A stretch of 64,000 nt of DNA from Schmidtea polychroa (lineage: Eukaryota). Below are positions 33,118 through 45,085 of this stretch, in pieces. A model generated the notes under the pieces. It was not told where the DNA came from, did no database searches, and saw nothing but the letters and a program-made list of their open reading frames with translations. The stretch lies in the NCBI GenBank assembly GCA_044892525.1, contig CM097885.1, positions 168,826,001 to 168,890,000 of the forward strand, in the 5' to 3' direction. Positions within the stretch are counted from its first letter, which is position 1; each line of letters opens with the position of its first letter. A program made the translations under genes and the position numbers.

Positions 33118-35755
33118 ATGTACAGAAAACACGTTAGTTTAATCGACAAAAATGACCCAATATCTGCAGATCATATCAAATCATCCCTTTGGGACCAAAT
33201 TGAATTTGAATATTCAAAAGCTTTGATGAATAATCGCTATCGTGACTCGTCTGTTGATAAAGATTTAAAAGTAATTCGAATTTTTATTTCTTCGACATTC
33301 AAAGATTTCTACAATGAAAGAGATATATTGGTAAGAAATGTGTTTCCAAAATTACGGAAATGGTGTGAAGAACAAGGATTGTTTCTTGTGGAGTGTGATT
33401 TAAGATGGGGTGTACCTGTTGATGCTACAAATTTGGAAGCTGTTTCATATTGCTTGGATGAAATTGAAAAATCAAGAGAAGAAACAAATAATAATAACTT
33501 TTTCCTTTGTTTAATTGGAGAAAGATTTGGATGGGTACCATCGGAAGAAACGCTGTTGGAAAAATTGAAACTCAAGTAAAAATTTATTTATTATAAATAA
33601 TTGTATTATAGAAAAATATATTTAAAGAATTTCACTGAATATTAACTTAGTAACTAATGTAAATATTTTGATTAATTACAATTATTAAAACAATAAAAAT
33701 ATTTTCAGATATGATTTTATCAAAGACAGTTCAGTAACTTTAATGGAAATTGTTCATGGTGTGTTGAGAAGTGGAACAGAAAATAGTCTTTTTATGATTC
33801 GATCTAAAAATATTCTGGAAAATATGCCGAAATCGCATTTAAAATATTTTGAAGAAAGTGATAAATTATTAAAGTCTAATGTTAACGAACAGAAAGAATT
33901 TATTAAAAAGCATTTTTCAAAATCTGGTTGTGTAAAGGATTATTCTATTAATTATGAATCAACTGTTGTTGATCCAATATCTGGAAAAGAAAGAATTCAA
34001 TTTTCAGATTTTGATGAATTTTCGAAAATTGTAGAGGATTATTTTAAATCTCAGATTTTAGATTTTAAAGTCAAGCATAAATTGTCACTTGCAGTGGAAG
34101 ATCAAAATGAGGATATGATTCATAAATCTCATTTAGTTTCTATAAATAAAACCTCTTTAAAACGAATGTCGTACATTGAATTTTTAAGCAATCAAATAAA
34201 AAATTCAAATTTGGAAAACGAAAGGAATCCCATTATTATTATAACCGGTGAGGCAGGTTCCGGCAAATCAACAATAATTTCTCACATTATTGAATATTAT
34301 TCAAATCTTGAAAACGAAAATGTATTTTATCATTTTTGTGGTGCCTCGAATACGAGTCACAGTCAATTGAGTATTCTTAAAAGGTTAGAAAATTATTTGA
34401 AATTAGTTCTTAATCTTGATGTTTCAATTTCTAACGAAGAAAATCCTAATTTAAGTAAGTCATTGGAAAACCTTTCCGAACCAAAACTGAAAATTTTCAT
34501 CGACGCATTAGATGAATTATGGGACTTGGATATTGTGAACCAATTTCCGAAATTTACTTCAAAAAACATTCAACTTATAGTTTCATGTTTATGTGACACA
34601 GGTATAGATTCTTTTTACTCAAAATTTATGACTCAGGACTTTGTCTATATTCAGTTGCCCATTGAAAAAATGAATACTATTCAATTGATAGATATAACAA
34701 ATAAATATTTATACAACTTTGGTAAAAAATTAGATTCTCTCCAATTAGATAAATTGTTGAGCTTTGAAAATTCTCACAATCCTTTATGGCTTCTTTCAGC
34801 TTGTGAAGAATTACGAATGCATGGAGACTATTCCAGTCTTACAAAATTAATAACTTCACTTCCTCCTTCGATAATAGATTTAAATAGAATGATTATTAAA
34901 AGATTGTCTAACCAAGATGTGACAAACATCCTCAAAACGGTTTTACAATTATTAGTAATTTCAAGAGCCGGAATATGGGAAAGTCTGATTAAAGATATTC
35001 TAGCTGAAATTTTAAATTTTTCTGAGCCAATAAGCCATTCTACTTGGTCACACATTATGTGGCAATTAAAGGGATTTCTGTTAATCCAGTCGATTCCTTT
35101 ACCGTTAATAAAAATTCGTCATCGGGTAATGAAAGAATCCATTGAAGAAGAATTATCAATGGATGAAGAGTATAAAATAACACTTCATCATAAGATTTCT
35201 ATATATTTAGAAAAACTATACGATAACGAGAGTGATGTATTTCTTTCAGATTACATGTATCACCTTGTGAAATCAAATGCACGAAATCGAATGATAGATT
35301 TTATGAGAAGTAGGAAATCCTGGAAAGTTTTGAAACAGCCTTTTGTGCGCTCAAGAATCATGCTGAGTACGAGATGCATCAATCCAAAATTGACAGACAA
35401 ACAAAGCGCGTTGATGATGTGTATTCGATGTGCAAACAAATCTGGTGAATTGTCCATTTTTTCGATCAATAGGAACAGTTGCTTTTTTTGTGGCAACCTT
35501 GTTGCAGCTAATAACAACGATGAGAATAAACTGTTTCCATGTCAATTTCATAAAAATCCCAATCCACAGTTGGGGAAATGCACTCTATGCAACTCGATCG
35601 TACCGTCAAAACAAGGAGAACCGGTGAAAGCGTGTCAAATGTGCAGTTTAAACAACCCAAGAAACTGTGGAATCATTGTCAATGAAAAAGACATTCTATA
35701 TCGCCAACAGCTGGGATTCAGCAAAGCAGTTTACAGAATTGAATCGATAATATAA
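33118..35755 (+). CDS. DUF4062-like / STAND (NACHT-like) NTPase / PHF5-like zinc-knot protein, paralog B; exons 33118-33575 and 33709-35755, 834 aa
   Basis: Same motifs as paralog A (RIFISSTFKDF, GEAGSGKST, IFIDALDE, NPLWLLSACEELRMHGD); 133-nt phase-2 GT-AG intron at the same position; 458+2047 nt = 835 codons. Confidence 0.88.
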
Positions 35756-36647
35756 ATAACTTTTCAGTAACAAAACAGTAAATAAAACGACCACAGTGAT
35801 TTAAAACAACATTTTGTACACATTTATTGATCTAAATAAAATGATCTGTTCACTGAATTGAGTAAAGGGAAATTTTCCACCTCGTATGGAGCATCGAGAG
35901 GCGTGAAATAATCTGATGGGCATCGAGATACAAAATTGCAAAACGAAAGGTGCCTTAATTCGTCTTCTTCGTAGCCTAAAATAAAGAAATCAAGAGGGGA
36001 TTTATTAGGATTTGTAAGAAAGAAAAATAATTGATTCTCTATGTTTTGTTAGCGACAGTGGTTTGCAGTAAGTATCCAGGAGTCCCAACAGCCCCATCCC
36101 CGTTGCTAAGGACGAAAATTATGAAACTACATTATTATAAATAGCTTTTGATATATTTATATTATAAAAAAGATTAAAAGCCATGTAACCGTTTCAGTGA
36201 ATCATCTGGGGGTCCCGACACCTCTCGCCTTCGTTGCTAATGACGGAGATTGTAAAGCTACATTATTATGGACAGCTTCTGACATAGTTTCCCAGTTCAT
36301 AAATGTACATTATAACCAATTATCGCTTTCAACTTTATAAAATTTATTAAGAACGTTTCAAAAATTGGGCTATGTTAAAAAAAAGTAAATTTTAATTAAT
36401 TATCAATTATAGTTATTTATAGTATTGGATGAGCTGTGATGTATAATTTGTCATCATTTCGCCTAGTATTATACAAATGAGAACGCAAAAATCTGACAGA
36501 CAACTTCAAGGAAGATTTAGGATGGCTAATAAGCTATCAATTTCGCGGAAGAATTACATTTTTAATCCTGTTCAAAAATGTTATAAAAAACTAAATTTAT
36601 ATATTAAAATAATATCTTGAATTTTAATAAATAATTAAAAATATAAC

Positions 36648-37268
36648 CCAAAATAAATTTTGAAGGATTAAATGAGTCTAGATTACACTCTTCCTTGGGA
36701 ACCAACCACGTTATAACGCAAAGCGTATCACTATTGCTCGTGGAAAATAGATCTAAGAAAAATAAGTAATTAATAAGTAAAAAGAAAATAGAAAAATTAC
36801 ATCGGATTTGTGCATAAAATATTCCACCATTCATGTCTTCGAAAGACACAATATCTCCGATATTATACATAATTCCCTAAAAATAAATTCATGGAATATT
36901 TCATAGAAACAATGGCCATCACCTCACAAAATAGTTTACTTTCTAATTCCATTTTCCTTCTTTCAGGAACATATTTAATTGGAGGCTAAAATAATTTTAT
37001 TTAAGTAAGTAATACAAAATAGTACATTTCTTTTTAAAATAGCTCTTCTCGATTTTGATTTTAAATGACCACGGCCAGAGATGTTATTTGTTCTAACTTT
37101 TGTCGAGATAGTTCTGTTCCGTAGGGACTTCCTTGGTGTAGAATATTCCATTTTTTGGTCTCCATCTTCGATGTTTTTTCTTTTAGTTTTTGAAGATGAA
37201 TTAGAAGCCACTTCGTCTGCATTTTCGAATTTCAAAATATCATCTTTACTTGATTGATTTTCTTCCAT
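36648..37268 (-). CDS. GATAD1: GATAD1-like protein (BAH-like domain), internal exons 37268-37026, 36985-36923, 36876-36801, 36752-36648; 5' and 3' ends unresolved
   Basis: Spliced reading KSKSRRAILKRNPPIKYVPE...LFCEGIMYNIGDIVSFEDMNGGIFYAQIRYLF...VITWLVP...FNPSKFILG resembles GATAD1 (GRRHIFKLKNPIK...YQIGDVVS...YYAQIRG...TWLIP...FDPASYIIG, recalled); introns of 40, 46 and 48 nt. Confidence 0.75.
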
Positions 37269-38973
37269 CTGCAAAATAAATTTAATGAGGTTTAATTAAT
37301 TGTTAAAATTTAACTTTATAAATTCAATTTTACTTAATTTATATTTACAAATGTATTATTAAAACAAAAGACCATAACGTTTGTTGAAAATTCAAAATCT
37401 TTATAAAATTATATCAGTCAAATATGTTTAACTGTATTTTAAAAATTAAGTTTAATCTAATTTTTAAATATTATTAATCACTTAATTTATGTATAAAATT
37501 ATGTTTGCAAATGTTCTTGACTGAATTAAGTAAATTTATAATTTAGTTTTCCTCATAAATTAAATTTAAAAATATCTTTAATATTCAACCTAAAATTGAG
37601 TTGATTGAGATGAGCATTGGTGGAAAATCCTAAAAATAATAAGTAATCACTTTCTTATTGGGTTAGTCGGTTAATAAATGGCTCCGAAATTGACTTAAAA
37701 ACAAGATATCGAGATAACAAAACTAGTGTATTTCACCTGTCCATCTGAACGTTGATTCTGTTCAAACTTCACACGAACCAAACAAAGGAGTCGTATTGTC
37801 ACGACAGCGAAGGTTGATTTGTCTTGATTAGCATGGTCAATTGAATGTCGGTTTTGATCGTGTGATGGTTGCGAACAATTATTTTATCACTCTGTCATAG
37901 CTAAAGTTATACATGACCCAAAAAGTCAAATGAGTTTTAAAAGGCCTCGTTTTAATCAACAGCTTTTTGTTTATTTTATTATAGGGCCGTGGTGTAGACT
38001 CAGAATTATTGTGCTTACATTTATCATAAAAAAACTTATCATAACAAAATACACCTGTAAAACAATTACAATTGATGTTGATTATATGTACATATCCTCG
38101 ACATTAAGGATATATGATTAATGTCATTTGGTAAACCACGTCACCGTAGGATTGGGAACAGATAAAAAGTTATATATGTAGGATGGAAATTTTCTCTTAT
38201 ATTTGATTGTCATCATGACATCAAAAACAAAAAATTAAAGTCGCTGGTAAAAGATTGCTGAGTGAAATTTGAAGTGTTGGTCTTTTTATCCATTTTTTAT
38301 TTATGTGCAGGTAATGGTGAAAATAATGCAACGTTTTATGAATTGGAAGATATATTTTTGCATTTTTTATTTAATACAATTTCATCGCATGGGCGTCCGC
38401 AAAGGGAGGCAAGTTGGAGCACTTGACCCCCCTGAATTTTCCAAGCCATTCTATTTTTCGATTAATTTAAATATATTTCTCTTGGTAATTTTATGGAATC
38501 AAAACCAATGAGGTGTGCAAATAAACTTTACACTAGTTAAATATGCCACTAATTTATCACTATTTCCTTGCGTGACATTCATTAAATTTCGAATCCTTTG
38601 ATTATTACTTACTTTATTCGAGCATATTTCAATTGCTAAACTGAAATAATAATCAAAATTCCTTACTTTTCATCTGAGATGTATTCTATTTTATGGAGTA
38701 TTCTTTCATTGAAAGAACTTCTAAAAATCGACTTTTAGATCTTTTTTAAATACTGGCTTTAGATCAATAATTTGTCTTGTCTCATTCAAGTAATTTTTCT
38801 CATATTTCCCAAGATTTTTAAAAATTAAATCAGATAACAAATATGATTGTGATGACATTCTACATTAAGAAATTAGAAATACAGAATCAATAATCAAATT
38901 AAGCCAAATTCAAAAATCTATTATTTTACTACAATATTTAAACAATAATCAATTTTAAATTATCATTTATATC

Positions 38974-40735
38974 TAGGCCTACCATGAACCTTTTGAAAAA
39001 ATCTGGGACATTTTCAAAATAACCGGGACACAAAAACAAATCAATTTAATTATGAAAAAATATATTTATTAACAATAAATATTTAATTTTGATACTTTTC
39101 TTGGGAGTGAATCATTTCAAGCAACTGAAAGTTTGATTTAATTTTCTTGTAAAACTACAACTAATTTTTGAGTTATATTGTAGAGAAGCGGTCGGGGGAA
39201 CCGGGGTAAATTACCTCAAATGGGGTAAAAAATGAAATTTTTGGGGGTAAAAATGAAACTTTTGTGAGTAAAAAGTATATATTTTTAATTTACTATTTTA
39301 TGAACCTGTTAGTATTTTTTTCAACTTAAATAATTTAGCGACATATGCAGGCCACGCCATCTCACTCCCCACCACTAGAGTGTTCTCGAGTTATATCTTT
39401 GCGCAGTAAAGCACAGCCCCAGCTACCTGCTCAGTCCGTGCCATGCCGTCAAGATACAAATACATTGACGAGTTAGAGAGCTAGTTTTTACTAGTTAGTT
39501 GCTGACAAGACCACCATTTTATCATTAATCATCGATATATCGATCAAGATAAGCAGCAATTTAAAAATTTAATTCAAGTATTTTACAACTATTATTTTCT
39601 GTCGCCCTTCAGATGGCAGCAAATAGAAAAAGAACATACCAAGACGAATTCCTTAATTACGGTTTCACACAAATAGAAGACAATGGTACAATGAAACCAC
39701 AGTGTGTTATATGTATGAAGGTACTGACTTCAGAATCTTTCAAAATAAGTCAATTGAAGAAACATTTAGATAATTTGCATTTACACTGTCTTCCAAACCG
39801 CGAGAATACTTTGCAAATTTAGAAATATCTGTTAAAAGACAAAGATTGAATAGCAACTTGTTTGGTACATTTGATCAGCATTCAGCATCAAGGGCTAACT
39901 TTGAAATGGCCTGGTTGATTGCTCAAATAAGAAACCATACACTATTGGTGAAGATTTGGTTAAACCAGCTGCTGTAAAAATGGCAGAGATTATGTGTGGT
40001 CGAAAAGAAGCGAAGAAACTGAATTCAGCGCCCTTGTCTGCGAGAATTGTGAAAGAACGAATTTCTATATTAGCAGAAAATGTGAAGGAACAGGTTATTT
40101 TCGCATTAAAACAGGCTAAATATTTTGCTATTCAGCTTGATGAGACAACTGATTTTAGTAGCAATTCACAGCTAATGGTATATGTTCGCTACAAAGGTGC
40201 AGATAATTTTGAAGAGGAATTGCTGTTTTGTTCTCCTCTCGATTTGAGATCTCGTGGAATTGATGTCTACAATAAAGTAAATGAATACTTCAATGCGCAA
40301 AGTTTAAAATGGGAAAACTGTATTTATGTATCTTTGGATGGAGCTCCAGTTATGCCGGGTCATATTAATGGTTTTTCGGCTTTCGTAAAAAAAATAACCC
40401 AAATATTGAAGTAACTCACTGTATGATCCATCACCAGGCCCTTATGGTCAAATATTTAGAACCTACACTGGCATCCGTCATGATGTCATCAAGATTGTAA
40501 ATTTTATCAAGGGACATGCACTAAACACGCGGCTATTTCGTGAATTATGTCAGGACGGTGAAGCTGAATATACGGACCTACTTTATTATACAAAAGTAAG
40601 GAAATGTACTAAATCGAGTATGGACTCTCAAAACTGAAGTCGAAATTTTTATGGTTGATCAATAATATAGTCTCGCAGATAAGTTTAAAAACTAAATTGT
40701 CAACCCTCAATTGTACCCCAATGGGTTTCAATTTG

Positions 40736-40817
<82 letters not shown>

Positions 40818-43114
40818 CTTATATTACTATTATTACCGTCATGTATTACTAGGTATTACATTGATAAATTGAATAAGTGGTGTTTAAATTAAATTTTTAG
40901 TTATTGTTTTCTTTTCAAAATTATCATGGTGGGCTATAATATGAAAGATGCTAAAAAGAAGCGATTTCGTTTTTTTGCTCTTCGCCATGGGGTAATATTA
41001 ACTTACACAAAAATATTTTGGGGTAATGATTAAAAAGTTTCCCGGCCGCTGTTGTAGAGTGATGATCGCATTTACAGTGCTCAAATCGAAATTTCCCTTC
41101 TGATTGGTCCATGCTTGATTAATCAACGAAAATAAATATTCAACTTCCATTGATGTTCCTGGGATACATAAAGCAAATTCAACTAATCTCTCTATATTAG
41201 TTAGCTGCATTGAATTTTCGCGAAAATGAGAGAAACTTTCAGCCCAAATTTTTGCAGCACTTGCTTTTTCATCGGCCCATGTGGATTTCTTTTCGTTTGT
41301 AAAAATTAGCATTTGATTATACTCATCGAAAACCTAACCTTGATTTATTATTGCAGAACTTGCACCGTGTAGTTCGATGATAAAATCAACAGACTTTTCA
41401 ATTTGCGGCCATTTCGGAATTTTGTACATACTCATCAATTCAAAATTTTGAGCACCATCCAACGATTTCTGCAACTTTTCGAGATAAAATTCTTTAACAT
41501 TTTGCAAAACAGCGCTTTGAGTACAAACATGCAAGCGAGACAATTCTAGACGGACTTCTCGAGTGAGATACGCCAATTGAAGACGATGTTTGACTTTTTC
41601 CTTGAATAATCTCAACTCAAAAGAAATTTCAAATGCAGCAATTTACGATCTCTTAAACAAAAGCATGGCTTCGTTTATCATTTGTATTTGATTACTCAGA
41701 AAAATTAGCCAACATTTATTGCTTTCAAGTGAGAAGAAGTTTTGTATGACCGGTGGACATTTTGTCTTGAGTCCTTTGAAATATTCTTTTAATGGATCAA
41801 ACATTTCAATAAATTGTTGAATTCCCGGTGCAAGAGAAAGGAATCTTATTGTTGAGTGATATTTCGATGGCTTGAAAACTATATCCATTTCTTCGCAAAT
41901 TTTCTAAAATGATTAGGTTTGCACTGTGTAGATTTTAAAATGCTTGTGTAAAGAATAAATCAAATTTTCCATGTCAACGTCCAACACTTGACATTCCGCA
42001 CTAGTTGCATTATAAGAAAGATATGAGCAGAGCATCCGAGGCCAATAATATCACAATTCAATTCTTTGTTAAGCTTACGCCAAACATTATTGCTTTCTTG
42101 TCTATTAACGCTTCCAAAAACTCAGATTTGTATTGTCTGCACCAAAACATATCAATTTTTTTTCCAGCTCATGCTCTCAAACTTTTCTAATTATTTCATT
42201 CGCAATTGTATCAGATTTTTCATTTTCAATTGATTTCAATGAGATTTTCTTGTGAAAAACATATTTTGTTGGATGAAACATGCGAACGACAAGTGGGAGT
42301 AACTTTGTGTTTCCATGGTTAGAAGTATCAGTTATTAAGGAAAAGTAATTTGCAATTTTCAACTCAGGACATGCTTCACAATTACGGCCATCTTGGTTCG
42401 AGTCAGACTGAACTTCGGTTCAAAAGGTTGCCTGATAAGATTCGATGTGCAATCAGTAGAGAGAAATGAAAAGTTTTGTTTGACCGTGTGGAACACAAAA
42501 ACAGCTTCTTGGGCGCGATTTTGAGTTCAGTAGATGACATTTTGAGCTTTTTGAAGAAGTTTGTCACTATTGAGCTTGATGATCCTGTATTTACAGACGA
42601 TTGATGGCGTTTAGTTTTGCAGTGGTCCACAATGTCAGCACGACCTCTGTAAGCAATAGAGAATGTAGATGAGCAGATGTTACAGAATGCTTTTGAATCA
42701 TCTTCTTTAGTCTTATCGAGGAAGCTAAACTCTTCTTTGTATTTATTACTTCATGTGGTTTTGTGTTTTTCTGAATTCATGCTGCTAGAAGAATAGAAGT
42801 AATTATATTCTTCTATCAGCATGAATTCAAAAAAAGTAACTTACACCTTTAACAGTCTTATTAACTAATTTTAGGATAAATTTTCTGATTTTTCTTGCAA
42901 AATATTGAAAATTATATTCTTTTCACAACTCTTTTGATAACACTGGAAAAACTAAAGGCAGAGAGTGAAAATTTTTAAAATTAAACGTTATTTTTATTTA
43001 AAATTTTTTGCATAATTTTCAAAATCCGGGAAAAATTGTCTTAAACGTAGGACACGGGACAAATCTCAAAAATCCGGGACAGTCACGGCCAAAAGGCAGC
43101 AGATGGTAGGACTA
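38974..43114 (-). mobile_element. hAT DNA transposon (outer), decayed transposase on the minus strand
   Basis: TIRs TAGGCCTACCAT / ATGGTAGGACTA; exact TSD TTTATATC (38966-38973, 43115-43122); fragments DHCKTKRH, FSLITDTSNHG, STIRFLSL, ALCIPGTSMEVEYLFS; C-terminus ...HSQEKYQN at ~39085-39185. Confidence 0.9.
39186..41051 (+). mobile_element. Nested hAT (Buster/Charlie-type) element with frameshifted, truncated BED-finger transposase (39613-~40640) and an internal (TA)n at ~40738-40812
   Basis: Ends AAGCGGTCGGGGGAAC / GTTTCCCGGCCGCTG; exact TSD TTGTAGAG (39178-39185, 41052-41059) with central TA; KRTYQDEFLNYGF...PQCVIC...KHL...H, FAIQLDETTD. Confidence 0.9.
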
Positions 43115-43694
43115 TTTATATCACACCTAGAAAGTGTAACCATGTCAATCCCACAGTGCCATCAATATATCGGTATATATGTAGAATTAGACGCAATGTT
43201 AATATCGAATATTCGAACCTTGGACCTAGGGAGTTTCGGAACTTCGCAGACCCATGAGGTCTCATCTTTGTTTTGAACATCCACCCAAGCCACACAGCAC
43301 CAACGTCATTCGTAATAGGTGTGACTTGATTGCATTGTGTATTGAGTTGGGTTATGCATATTTATAAAGGATCCATTACAATAAATCTAATCAGGTCAAC
43401 ATTCACGACCCCACATTTCGATTACTATTGGATTATAGAAACTGGCACGAAGGCGTTTTCATAATTTAAATTTATCGCCAAAAATAACTATATTGTGAAT
43501 TTCGGAAAACAAATAAAGATTTCATTTTCAAAATACAAAAGTATCTTGGAACATATAATTTCATTTCGATAAATTAAAAATATATCAAGGATTACAATAC
43601 TTTTAGTTGTTTATTAAATTTTTGACTTACCACAATTTCGAACGATATCTAATTTTTAATTGTTTATACATTTGTTTATATATTGACAATTTTA

Positions 43695-44054
43695 ATGGAT
43701 TCGAATTCCGATATTTATTTTTTGTCCAAAAAAGAAGCTACTCCTAGTCTTTCTTTCCAAGATTATTTTGATATTGACAAATCATATGATAAACCAGGAT
43801 TGAAAGTTAGAGATGAAAATAATATAGTGAAATATAATTTTAATTGTCCATGTGTTATCAAATATATATCATCTCCTTGTGGTTATTTCTTTAGAAACTT
43901 TATTTCAGGAATTAGTGAGTTGTCTTCCCTAGAAAAATTTGCAATTGAAGATAAAAAACGGTTTGATAAAATTAGATTTGAACTGGATGATTGTATGAAT
44001 TTCTTCGGTGCATATTATCAATCTATGAAAGATTATTTCCACGAAGAAATTTAG
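43695..44054 (+). CDS. CHCHD4: Divergent Mia40/CHCHD4 mitochondrial IMS oxidoreductase-like protein, 119 aa, intronless
   Basis: PGL...NFNCPCVIKYISSPCGYFFRNFISG...LDDCMNFFGAYY aligns with Mia40 ([25 protein letters not shown]...QECMQKYP, recalled). Confidence 0.7.
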   Translation: MDSNSDIYFLSKKEATPSLSFQDYFDIDKSYDKPGLKVRDENNIVKYNFNCPCVIKYISSPCGYFFRNFISGISELSSLEKFAIEDKKRFDKIRFELDDCMNFFGAYYQSMKDYFHEEI

Positions 44055-44531
44055 GATGTTGTAATTAATAATATAACGATTTAATGTTATTATTTTTTGG
44101 TCTCTTATTAAATTAAATTTTGTTAATTAGTATTTATGGAATATTTGATGTTGACCGTTCTTAAATTATTTCAAAGCAATATTTTCATATCTGGTTAATA
44201 AAGAGCAGAAACGAAAATAAATATGATTTAATATTTATGAAAATTTCATATTTTTCAATTTGAATATATTTTTGGTAAAATTCAAGATGATAGCTTGAAA
44301 AAATTTCGACACATTCTGAATAAAGTTATTGGGGAAATAAATTTTAATTACGAAATCTGAGTGACAGTTGCTAAGAATCTATTTCTATGAGCAATTCAGC
44401 AGTAACTAATTAACCATTTTTAAATTACCGCCAATACTAAAAAGAAAACTTACACTATTATGCTGCTTATGTATGAATTTATAATGTACATTAGTGGTTG
44501 GTTGAATGGTTGATGTTGTAATGCCCTAGAT

Positions 44532-45035
44532 CAGGGGTGGGAACCTTTTTATTTCCATAGGCTACATTGAAATTTGTCGCCTCCAAATGGGGCCGCAGTC
44601 AAAAAGTATTTTAACATTAATTAATTTCATTTTAAATTTTTTGTTTATATGCGTTAGTAATTAAAACAATGTTTATAATCAGTCTCCAGATTTGAAAAAT
44701 GCAGCTGTATGAAATATTCTGAAAAATGTTTATTATTTCCGAATCGAAAAATTGATGCAAATAAGTCATCATTTCACAAATGAGTGCTCAATAATCTTAT
44801 TTATTCGTCTACATACGTTTTGTATTTATGGGTGTGAATGATTGACTTTTATATTTCGTTCTTTGTACTCAACGGGATGCTTGTACAGTAAGGTATATAT
44901 AAAGTTCAGTAGTTACAAGTATTTTTTTTCTAAATCATCAAAATTTAAGGTTTTTTATATAAATTAATATTTATTTCGATAAGGCTCTGGAGGGGGTATA
45001 TGAAGCTCAGGGAGGCCACAGGTTCCCCACCACTG
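44532..45035. mobile_element. 504-bp Charlie/Buster-type hAT MITE
   Basis: TIRs CAGGGGTGGGAACC / GGTTCCCCACCACTG; TSD CCCTAGAT vs TCCTAGAT (7/8). Confidence 0.85.
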
Positions 45036-45085
45036 TCCTAGATCATTTTTGTGAACTCAACCTATCAACATCACTTGATACCAGT

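Noticed and set aside
22041-35755. Calling the two NTPase genes TEP1, NWD1 or NPHP3 orthologs
   Set aside because: No TROVE, WD40 or TPR regions are visible; only the DUF4062-like + NTPase module is shared, so no symbol was assigned.
43190-43270. GGTTCGAAT B-box-like motif on the minus strand as tRNA/SINE
   Set aside because: No cloverleaf or A-box could be folded.
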